64,000 nucleotides of DNA from Octopus bimaculoides (lineage: Eukaryota), in the NCBI RefSeq assembly GCF_001194135.2, contig NC_068983.1, forward strand, positions 146,025,285 to 146,089,284, written 5' to 3'. Within the stretch, counting starts at the first letter, position 1, and each line of letters begins with the position of its first letter. The translations under genes were made by a program, and so were the position numbers. This document shows positions 38,702 through 48,526 of this stretch, one piece after another. Below the pieces are notes generated by a model. It saw only the letters and a program-made list of their open reading frames with translations, searched no databases and was not told the DNA's origin.

Positions 38702-38933
38702 ATGCAATGATAATGTCGGTAAACGAAGTGGCTGGTATAAACGTGGAAGTTGGGACAAACGTGGAAGCTGGAATAAGAAAAGTGATGATCAAACCAAACG
38801 TGGCAGCTGGAACAAACGTTCGGATGAAGAGGACAGCAAACGAGGCAGCTGGAACAAACGACAAGAAACGGACGACTTCTCTGAGGCAATGCTTAAGAAA
38901 GTCCTTAATGAAAACTATGGAGTCCACTTGTAA
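38702..38933 (+). CDS. Neuropeptide precursor exon 3: GSWD (Ocp-3/Ocp-4 cardioactive peptide), 3x GSWN, SGWY and spacers
   Basis: Acceptor ttttttttctctttaactttt AG| at 38700-38701. Phase 2 completes Ser (TC|A), then CNDNVG KR SGWY KR GSWD KR GSWN KK SDDQT KR GSWN KR SDEEDS KR GSWN KR QETDDFSEAML KK VLNENYGVHL TAA. It supplies the 8th Cys and nine dibasic sites. The ORF track missed it because this frame has no upstream Met. Confidence 0.95.
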
Positions 38934-39165
38934 ACAAATTATACTAATAATACATATATATAGAAACATATGTATATTATGATAAAATGTGAACTAAACT
39001 TTTCCTCTGGGATATTAACTGCATACAAATGGAAAGGATTATTACACGCCGGTTAGCACGAATGCCAAGACATTTCTTCTGTAAGATTCTTCGCAGCTAA
39101 CAGTATGGAATTTAAAGGCTCTTCAAACCAACCTGCATTTTAAACATTTCATGCTTTTTTTTTTT

Positions 39166-39400
39166 AATAAATTCATTTTCCTGAAACCGTTTCTTTCTTC
39201 ATCATTTTTAAAAATCATTTATCTGTTATATCTTTTATTTTATACATTACTTTTATTTTTTTACCTTATGATTATCGGATGATCTCTTATTGTTGTGGAT
39301 ATCAGTAAAAATCTGAACCTGACGAGTTTGGAATCTATATGTATTTTTATTTTGCCTTTCAGGTTGCTATATTAAATATGTTGACTGAACTAGCAATAAA
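39166..39400 (+). terminator. Candidate polyadenylation signals of the neuropeptide gene
   Basis: AATAAA at 39166-39171 and 39395-39400 in a U-rich 3' UTR, before the SINE cluster that starts at ~39455. Confidence 0.45.
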
Positions 39401-39454
39401 GTAAAGAAAATATATACATACATATGTGGGTGCATAATAATGTTTCCCAATTTT

Positions 39455-39845
39455 AATTTCAAGAACAGCAAGTTTAAGGAGTGGGGACTAGTCGATCACA
39501 GTGACGCGAATACTTGACTAGTATTTTATTTTATCAACCCAGAAAGAATAAAAGGCAAAGTTGATGTAAAGAGCCTAAAGAAATATTATTAAACATTTTC
39601 TCCGTTATGCTAACGATTCTACTAGCTCACCGCCTTATTAATCCTTTCTATTATAAGCACAAGGCCTGAAATTTTGGGACTAGTCGATTACACTGACACC
39701 AGTGTTCAGCTGGTACTTATTTAATTGACTCCGAAAGAATGAAAGACAAAATCGGCCTCGGCGGATTTTAACTCAGAACGTAATGACGGCGTGTTAAAGG
39801 TTAAAGGTTCATTTTGTCCGGCGTGTTAAAGGTTCTGCCACCTTA
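39455..39845 (-). mobile_element. Two tandem family A SINE copies
   Basis: ggggactagtcgatcac...aaaggcaaagttga...gctaacgattctactagctcaccgcctt, then ttctattataagcacaaggcctgaaatttt...gaatgaaagacaaaatcggcctcggcggattttaactcagaacg. Confidence 0.8.
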
Positions 39846-39850
39846 CCATC

Positions 39851-39852
<2 letters not shown>

Positions 39853-39906
<54 letters not shown>

Positions 39907-40452
39907 GCCCTGATGCAGTACCAGACACTAGTTCTCATGGGTTCTCATCTTAACTTATTGGAAGTGTTATCATGTACATTGTTTTGTCTTGGCATAAAAG
40001 ACGGGCTACAGCAAATATTCTGCTCAGTACCATATATTTTCTTATCAGTTGTTTGAGCTTAACCAGTTGAGCATGTCCCTTAGTGGCTGACGATATGTGC
40101 ATCGCTGATCACGAGCAGAAGTAGTGGGGGAGCCATGTGTTTAGAGGGATTCTTTGGGGTTTGAATAATTCACCTTTGGAAATATCGGTGTTTCGTTCAA
40201 CATCCTTAAACAAACCTTATTCAAGAACCTTTTGAGCGGAATGGGCTACTCGACCTGAAGAAAATTCTAACTGGACCCCACCTGCAAGGTCATGCGCTGT
40301 GTATTTTGATATAAGATCACTATGTCGCGCACATATGGTTGTGATGCATGTGCTTGGTGTACCCTTATCAGATGGGTTGTCATGATGGGTATACTGGGCT
40401 TCGTATAGTTTACCCTAGTGTCACTTTGATGACATGCACTGCTCTCCCACTC

Positions 40453-40488
<36 letters not shown>

Positions 40489-40490
40489 TT
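39853..40490. repeat. ~530-bp interspersed repeat of unknown class flanked by (AAT)n tracts
   Basis: Non-coding, moderately GC-rich block bounded on both sides by (AAT)n. It resembles a high-copy octopus repeat as I recall it; not verifiable within this window. Confidence 0.5.
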
Positions 40491-40749
40491 TTACTGGCCG
40501 CAAGAGTCGCAAATAAACATTTTGGAAAAAATAAAAACAAAGGACAATAGGGATTTACATTGTGACATTGTAATCAATATAATTGTTATTAACAAGAAAA
40601 TTCTGACAACAAAATTCCCCAATAGCAGGGGAAAGCCACTCGGGGACAACCAAGGAACCCCACAAATCCCTTTGTCACCTTCCTCACCAAGAGTACTAAT
40701 GCAAGTGCTCCTCTCTCCTCCACACCATTCATTCGCTACATACTCGCTA

Positions 40750-43640
40750 CTTTCACCAATATTCACCCTCAAATCAATAACGACATGGCTAAAATGGAAA
40801 TTGTTTAATGTCAGTCATTTCAGTCACACCCACCACACAACCTTATTCGCCGTTTCCACCAGTCACAGCATGAAAGTCTGTCCTTCCCTGCAAAAGGTAG
40901 ACGGCGGGACGATTTTTACGATGGAGTCGGCCGATAGCCCGATCTGGTCTGCACGTGTTAGCAGCTGCTCGACATAAATCCACAAGTCAGAAATGCTTGA
41001 ACACTGTACGAGCGCGCGGCTCTGCGTACATCTCAGGCAGATCCGACTGACATCACTACCATACCTACAGGATTTGTTAGGGATTTCTGGGAATTATCCA
41101 TGGATTCTGGCCCAAAAATCCTCGGGAAAAAGACCAGCGAGTTGATTTTCTTAAACGCCAAGTTCCCCTAAGGGCACCATCACTCTTACCTTCTGCTAAT
41201 CTTCTATTGGACACCCACCGACCACATTGTTCGAGTGGCACTCTAGAGTGCTGTCAAGCACTCTAGTTACCATTCCTACATCTGATCCTGGATGGCAGGT
41301 TTGTTAAAGAGACGAGCTGAGGAACAAGCATCTAAGAAAAGGTAACCACTCCTGCTCAGCGTCAAAGAAAAGTTGAACATATCGCAGCCACAACGCATGT
41401 CTGCACATCCTCGTCTGCGGTATGATTAGTCCTCCACGCTGCGGATATTGACAACAAATGGACCGTACGATCAGCGGGACTAATCCTCTCAACAGAAAGC
41501 AGAGTAGCAAGCGCCCATACTGGTCAGCCATGAAGCAAGGCAAAACACAGCGGTCAGGTTGTATGAGAACATGACGGATATGGTGCAGGCATTCGCCACC
41601 TCACCCGATCCTTCAGGAATAATTTCCTCACGGCCGATTTTTTAGACTGACCAGCCTACTCGTCACCTTTTCCCTAAAGGTTTGGATCAAACCAGTGCCT
41701 CACAACGTTGTTGGGTGGTATAGACTTACCTCTCTACGTGCCGAGCTGCCGGGCCACTGGTTAATTTTTGCTCCTGTCGCTCCCTCATAGTTCCTCAGAG
41801 TAGTGCCGATCACCTCGGTGTGCTTCGTGTTTGACATTATTACGATGACGCCGTCTACATACGAGGGGTGTATGAAAAGTTTTGAGCCTTCAAGGCCTTT
41901 GAGCCTTCAAGGCCTTTGAGCCTTCAAGGCCTTTGAGCCTTCAAGGCCTTTGAGCCTTCAAGTCTTGTACCTTCATCATGTCTTGTATCATGTTTTTTTT
42001 TTTTTTGAGGCTCAAGACTTTTCATACACCCCTCTATGCAAACACGGTTCTTATACATCATCCTAGTTCTCGGGGGGTACCCCTGGAAACCTCCAACGTC
42101 TGTAGTAGTGACTCAGTACGAGCTGAAGGGAAGAAATGATACTACTGACGGATCGAACGCATGACGCTGAATGGTTCCGACAGGTGACTGTTTACTCTGA
42201 CCACCAAATAGATATTACTGTACATTGCAACGGTCCAGGTTCTGAAGAATTCAGCAGGTCTACCATATCGAAATCCGCATACATCTGCTTAGAAAAGGTG
42301 CCTCCCCAATCCATCAAAGACCGAATTGTCACTCTGTTGCCATGTTGTACCTCTGTCATCCGGGATCATCGGACAACATCCGTTCCCTCGTGCCTAGGAT
42401 TACGCGCCCAAGCTCTAACCTAAGAGCTTACCGTTGAAGAATTGGTCAAGGGCTAATCTCACCGCCAGCACGTCAGTTGCAATATCTTACTAAAGCGCCT
42501 CTTGTAGGTTGCTAACTAGCTCACCCTCTAATCTAGAATTCGCTATCATTATTTCTTATTGATTCTAATCTAATAACCTTATATAGGGTTATTAGATTAC
42601 CCCTATCAACTCCCTCTTAACAAGTTCTCTAATCTATCTCAGTAAAATAGGCGCACCGAGAAAGATGCGTTCAGATTCCAGTGACTGAACCTCTCTCTAT
42701 GTAGCCTACGCAGGTTGATCATACAAATCACAAACTCATAGTGTGTAGTCGACCACTTTCAATTATGGACAATCTATGGTATTCCTACTAGTTTACACGT
42801 ACGATCTGGTTTATTCGATGTTGTTTGCCCTTGTCCACACTGGCATTAGCGAAATCCAGTTCGTACCTTTCAGCTGGTTAGAAACTACTGAGAAGTTTTG
42901 CGAGGCTTTTTTACATCCTTTCTTCTATGAGCTAGCCCCACACAATCCAGACATGTATCCAAGATGGCGATCTAATTGCCCACAAGCATTAAAAGGACAT
43001 TCAAAGGAACCTACTGAAAACACCTAAAGAAATCCAGCCGGCCCGCCCCGCCCCAGTAGGAGCATAGATGGTGATAAGTCTAAAGGCACCACTTTCTTAT
43101 TGTTCACGTCCAGGGCCACCAACTAATTCCCTTTCCGTTCGTTTGACGTTGAGGATGGCGTCACTGCCTTCTAAAGAAACACAGATCAACAATTACCAGA
43201 TTTTCAACCCAGATGAAACTCTATCATAATGCAGCATATCCTTCTCCCTAAATATGTTGGGAAGAAATGAGTTCCCTGTTGCATATGAGAACTATGGAGC
43301 GCTTCAATTCAAGGGCTTTGCTCTTGAAGGGAACTTCTCTGTTCTCTGGTCACATGATCTATATCTGCCCATATTTCTTTTAGGGCTCTTTCCACTTAGC
43401 AAGTGTCACAGTTTCTAGGTGCCGGATTTTAGTGGACACGGTGTTATACTACCGTCTTCTGTGCATCTGCTTACAAAAACTCAGCTGGGATGGTAACTTG
43501 TACTTTCCTCCCATTTACCTTCACAAGCTGTTTCGCTTGTCAGGTTATCTCCTTGTCGCCAAGGGAGAGTGAAAAGTATCGTATTGATTTCCTCACGATC
43601 CCAGAAAAAGTGACCTGCCCGTAGAGTCTCCCCACACTTA
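40750..43640 (-). mobile_element. L1/Tx1-clade LINE relic (APE endonuclease + RT), heavily decayed
   Basis: Minus-strand fragments: FRLITIYAPTGAGRAG (APE, ~43070), LSEPFSVMRSIRQ (RT, ~42160), and GTVFA^YVDGVIVIMSN...YEGATGAKIN (the YADD motif, split by a mariner MITE). Confidence 0.75.
41862..42034. mobile_element. Mariner-type MITE with an internal 17-bp tandem array
   Basis: TA|CGAGGGGTGTATGAAAAGTTTTGAGCCT ... AGGCTCAAGACTTTTCATACACCCCTC|TA, with a TA TSD at 41860-61 and 42035-36. Contains (TTTGAGCCTTCAAGGCC) x4 plus a partial fifth copy at 41881-41962. Confidence 0.9.
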
Positions 43641-43676
43641 GACGTCATCGTTATTGTTATTGTTGCTGCTACTGCT

Positions 43677-43751
<75 letters not shown>

Positions 43752-44040
43752 GCTGTTGTTGTTCTCGTACAAATTTCGTCTCGTGAAGTTTGTAGTAATA
43801 AGAGAAAATTTTCCCGCTACCGCCTCCTTAATAGTCGGTGTTGTTACCGCCATAATCCTAAAGAGACGAAAACCAGACGAAAGCAAATAAATATTGTGAA
43901 AATTTGCAGCCCCTTCTTCTTCCACAAAAGTAGGTGTTCTTATTTAAAGTTTTAAAAAGACTCGCAACGGTTAACAAATTATTTTTCAGCAACACTTAAT
44001 AAAATTTCGGAAGCCAATACGACGCACGCTCAACTCAAAG

Positions 44041-44097
<57 letters not shown>

Positions 44098-44134
44098 GAT
44101 GATGATGATGATAACAGTCTTAATGCGACAGTCC

Positions 44135-44587
44135 CAAGGCTGACAGGAAGCGGTGCTGCTTCCTAGGGCTAAATAGCAGTAGTACTATTCCCTTCATATG
44201 ACTGTCCCATTAAGTTGACAGCATACAACTACTTTATCGTATCACTACTGCATAAATCTCTTTGAGAGATTTAGAAATGTATTATTTCTATTTTTGAAAT
44301 CAGTAAATGTATTTCACTAGAATAATTATATGCATACAAGAGCTAGATAGGCATCTCCAACTAGCAAGCCATGCTACTCCAGACTGAAGACGAGCAAAGA
44401 CTGAGAAACTAGTCTCTGGATGCAGGTTTAGCAGAGTGGAGGTGCTTATCTCCACCTTATAAACATAAGGACACAGGAAATGTGTCAAGGCTGACAGGAA
44501 GCGGTGCTGCTTCCTGGGGTAAATAGTAGTAATATTATACCTTTCACGGGACTGTCACATTAAGTTGACAGCATACAACTACTTTAT
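44135..44587 (+). repeat. 103-bp direct repeats (period ~351 bp) enclosing a hammerhead-like motif; retrozyme- or PLE-pLTR-like
   Basis: caaggctgacaggaagcggtgctgcttcct...aagttgacagcatacaactactttat at 44135-44237 and 44486-44587. Confidence 0.7.
44378..44420 (+). ncRNA. Minimal type I hammerhead ribozyme, stem II damaged
   Basis: UCCAGA-CUGAAGA-CGAGCAAAGACUGA-GAA-ACUAGU-C-UCUGGA: perfect 6-bp stem I, intact core, palindromic stem III (ACUAGU) and a GUC site. Stem II has only 2 pairs left. Confidence 0.6.
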
Positions 44588-45393
44588 ATATANNNNNNNN
44601 NNNNNNNNNNNNNNNNNNNNNNNNNNNNNNNNNNNNNNNNNNNNNNNNNNNNNNNNNNNNNNNNNNNNNNNNNNNNNNNNNNNNNNNNNNNNNNNNNNNN
44701 NNNNNNNNNNNNNNNNNNNNNNNNNNNNNNNNNNNNNNNNNNNNNNAACAAAGTTTTGTCAACAGAGTGATATAGTACTAAAGTATAATGAAGCAGCGTC
44801 TTAATTCTTCATGTTGAAATTCAAAGATACTTCCCCGACCTACAAAACATCGAAAAAGTTCATCGTTTCATCACCAATCCCTTTGCAATCTCTGTTGTCG
44901 ACCTTCTGTCAGAAGATTACGTCATTCAAGAACCGTTGTCGCCAAATTGGCCCCCAAATTCATCGTTCCATTCGCAACAGTATACGAATGTGAGACGGCT
45001 TTTCCAACTTTACTCACAATTAAAACAAAGGCTCGCAATAAACTGGATGTTGCGCATGACATGAGGGTCGCATTATCAAAAACGCAGCCTAATATTGAGG
45101 ACATGTTATAGACCAAACAAGTTCACTCCTCTCATTGAGGTTTTTTATTTTATCAGTAAAATTTTGTCTCATAAAAATTATTTTATACAAGGTTATTTTG
45201 CTTTGTTCGTTTTCTCTATTTTTTTTCATTTTGAGGCGAGGCTAGGGGTCTGCGAAACCTCGAAAAAGTGGAAGGTTGTCCGTAGGACGAAAATTTTGAA
45301 AAAGTTTAGGAACCTAGGCAGTAGATAATAGTAGTTCCAGGGTTATCAATTGTTTTTTTGTTTTTTTTTTCTCATATAGATCAGTCGTTCTCG

Positions 45394-46271
45394 TAGGGTC
45401 TGATTAATAAATATCTGGACAGTTGCCATAGTAACAAAGCTAAAGCACGCAGAGTGAAGTCGCTTGGCACAGATTGACCTTGAACTTTGCTGTGCATGCA
45501 CACTAAAATTTAGCATTCAAGCTCACTTCCACAGTTTACAGCAATGCTTGGAAGGAACTTGCGTAGCGTGTGATCGTCGCATTGACCATGAATCTACATC
45601 AAATTTTGCCAAAAGCTTGGCGATACCTGCTCAGAGGCCTACGCAATGTGACAGAAAGTGTATGGAGAGGAGTGTATGAGCCAAAATATTTCGATAGTGA
45701 CGAACGTTCTGAGAGACCGGCAACCAAAAGAACTGAGAAAAACATAGCAGATGTGTGTGCAGCTGCGAGGGGAAATCGTCGAATCATCATCCATGAGTTA
45801 TCAGAGGGTGTGCAGATTAGTTACGATTCAGTTCAGTACATTATCACTGAAGATTTAGATATGAGACGCGTGTCTGACAAGTTTGTGCCAAAACTGCTTT
45901 CAGCTGACAATGCACCTGCCCATTCAATGCAGCTTCTGTAGCAGTTTTTGGCTAGGCACAGCATTCCCCAGGTCCGACAGCCACAGTATTCCCCAGATCT
46001 CGCCCCTTGCAACTGATTCCTCTTTCCAAAAATTATCCCGCTTGAAAGGAAGAAGATTTCAGGACGTCGAGAAAATCAAAGTAAATGCGACGAGGCAGCT
46101 GCTGATTATCCCAGAAAACGAGTTTCGGGATGCTTCCATCAATGGAAACAGCACTGGATTAAGTATGTGGCTTCTGAAGGGAACTACTTTGAAGGAGATA
46201 ATTGCCAGATTGGTACATGTTGTAGTTTTGTTTTTATAACACATGTCCGGATACGTATTGATCAGACCTCG
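45394..46271 (+). mobile_element. Mariner (DD34D) transposon, internally deleted and pseudogenised
   Basis: TIRs ..GGTCTGATTAATAAATATCTGGAC / GTCCGGATACGTATTGATCAGACCTCG|TA. Peptide remnants: DERSERP..., EDLDMRRVSDKFVPKLL, DNAPAH, YSPDLAP, LKGRRFQDVEKIK. Confidence 0.9.
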
Positions 46272-46292
46272 TATATATATATATTTATATAT

Positions 46293-46331
<39 letters not shown>

Positions 46332-47092
46332 NNNNNNNNNNNNNNNNNNNNNNNNNNNNNNNNNNNNNNNNNNNNNNNNNNNNNNNNNNNNNNNNNNNNN
46401 NNNNNNNNNNNNNNNNNNNNNNNNNNNNNNNNNNNNNNNNNNNNNNNNNNNNNNNNNNNNNNNNNNNNNNNNNNNNNNNNNNNNNNNNNNNNNNNNNNNN
46501 NNNNNNNNNNNNNNNNNNNNNNNNNNNNNNNNNNNNNNNNNNNNNNNNNNNNNNNNNNNNNNNNNNNNNNNNNNNNNNNNNNNNNNNNNNNNNNNNNNNN
46601 NNNNNNNNNNNNNNNNNNNNNNNNNNNNNNNNNNNNNNNNNNNNNNNNNNNNNNNNNNNNNNNNNNNNNNNNNNNNNNNNNNNNNNNNNNNNNNNNNNNN
46701 NNNNNNNNNNNNNNNNNNNNNNNNNNNNNNNNNNNNNNNNNNNNNNNNNNNNNNNNNNNNNNNNNNNNNNNNNNNNNNNNNNNNNNNNNNNNNNNNNNNN
46801 NNNNNNNNNNNNNNNNNNNNNNNNNNNNNNNNNNNNNNNNNNNNNNNNNNNNNNNNNNNNNNNNNNNNNNNNNNNNNNNNNNNNNNNNNNNNNNNNNNNN
46901 NNNNNNNNNNNNNNNNNNNNNNNNNNNNNNNNNNNNNNNNNNNNNNNNNNNNNNNNNNNNNNNNNNNNNNNNNNNNNNNNNNNNNNNNNNNNNNNNNNNN
47001 NNNNNNNNNNNNNNNNNNNNNNNNNNNNNNNNNNNNNNNNNNNNNNNNNNNNNNNNNNNNNNNNNNNNNNNNNNNNNNNNNNTATATATTGA

Positions 47093-47300
47093 TCGAAGCA
47101 TTCCTGAAACTCGTTTTCTGGGATAATCAGCAGCTGTCTCATCACATTCACTTTGATTTCCTCGACATCCTGAAATCTTCTTCCTTTCAAGTGGGATTTG
47201 ATTTTTGGAAAGAGGAAACAGTCGCAAGGGGCGAGATCTGGGGAAATCGGTGGGTGTCGGACCTGGGGAATGCTGTGCCTAGCCAAAAACTGGCACACAA
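47093..47300 (-). mobile_element. Second fragment of the same mariner family in opposite orientation
   Basis: FLARHSIPQVRHPPISPDLAPCDCFLFPKIKSHLKGRRFQDVEEIKVNVMRQLLIIPENEFQECFDQ. Confidence 0.88.
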
Positions 47301-47345
47301 ACACACGCACACACACACACACACTCACACACACACACACATATA

Positions 47346-47379
<34 letters not shown>

Positions 47380-47421
47380 CATTCATACATACATGCATGC
47401 ATACATACATACATACATACA

Positions 47422-47455
<34 letters not shown>

Positions 47456-47456
<1 letters not shown>

Positions 47457-48150
47457 TAAAACATGGGGTAAAAAATCAGATATTAATTAATATCGATTTA
47501 TTACCAGGAAGCTAGCACATTTAAAGAATCAGAGAGATTCAGAAAGAATATCTGAGATCTTAGGGGATTAAAGTATATTTTTATATATAATGTTGACCAC
47601 TAAAGTGGTCATTTAATGTGCTAGAAGTAGATCACATGTTGTGTCTACTAAGACCTAATGGTTCTCAAAAGAAATTCAGCGAAATACCAAAACGTATGCG
47701 GGCAAAACAGTGAAAATTACATAAATAAAACATTATTATTCGTGGACCGGTTTCGAAATTAAGACTCTTACCGAATGTCTATTTCTCTTCAGCACGACTT
47801 GTAAGGAAATCATAATTCTCAGAATCTTATACAAGTTGTTCACTCCTAGAGGCAAACGTGTATATGGTTCTGCTAATTACAACTTAATGGTAAAAATCAA
47901 ATGTCTTCGTTTTGGCGCGCTAATTCCGGAAACATGTCTGCAGAAAATAGTTACTGCGTCGCATATATCCACTTTGAGAACTTGGTTATGGTTAATAAAA
48001 TTAAAACATAGAGTAAAAAATCAGATATTAATTCATATCGATTTATTACCAGGAAGCTAGCACATTTAAAGAATCAGAGAGATTCAGAAAAAATATCTGA
48101 GATCTTGTATAAGTGAACAACTTGTATAAGATTCTGAGAATTATGATTTC
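47456..48150. repeat. Rearranged PLE/retrozyme-like element: 106-bp direct repeats (period 545 bp) plus a short internal inversion
   Basis: 47456-47561 matches 48001-48106 closely. 47808-47845 is the reverse complement of ~48112-48150. The hammerhead lies between the direct repeats. Confidence 0.7.
47740..47797 (-). ncRNA. Canonical type I hammerhead ribozyme (predicted intact)
   Basis: Minus strand: UCGUG-CUGAAGA-GAAAU-AGAC-auucgguaaga-GUCU-ua-AUUUC-GAA-ACCGGU-C-CACGA. Stem I is 5 bp, stem II is 5+4 bp closed by G10.1-C11.1, stem III is the palindrome ACCGGU, and the cleavage triplet is GUC. Confidence 0.82.
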
Positions 48151-48526
48151 CGATTTGAAGCGAGAATTTTTAAATACAAACAAATGAGTTTTCCATAATA
48201 GCTTTCTCTCCGTAACTTACTAAGCCCTTCGAACACACACACATATGATAATGTATCATTATGTATACTTGTAACAGAAAGCGTCCCTTTCTATCACCAA
48301 CTCCAAACAGTCAGACTATAGATATTTCGATAAGTTTCCAGAGCAAAAGACCACCGCATAACTACGTTAAAAATCGGGAGTAAGGCTAACGTTACTGAGA
48401 ATTTTTCTCATCTTAATATAATGCTCGCTGAGCTGAGCTACTTGTAGGTGATTCCTTAAATTTTAAGATATATATTTACTGTCATTAACATGAGAAAGTT
48501 TTGCAAAATTATATCAAACAAATATA

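Noticed and set aside
38691-38982. ORF-track entries 38707..38982 (+), 38691..38969 (-) and 38698..38889 (-) with repeated AAGTN-like motifs
   Set aside because: These are alternative-frame or antisense shadows of neuropeptide exon 3. The real frame (from 38703) has KR-flanked GSW peptides and fits the splice phase.
41881-41962. 17-bp palindromic repeats or the 20.7-21.8 kb SINE array as a CRISPR-like array
   Set aside because: No unique spacers in the 17-mer array, the SINE units are ~200-bp diverged retroposons, there are no cas genes, and the context is eukaryotic.
44748-45120. Possible Penelope GIY-YIG remnant on the minus strand (FVYCCEWNDEFGGQ)
   Set aside because: Too degenerate to call by eye; noted only because it lies next to the hammerhead-containing repeat.
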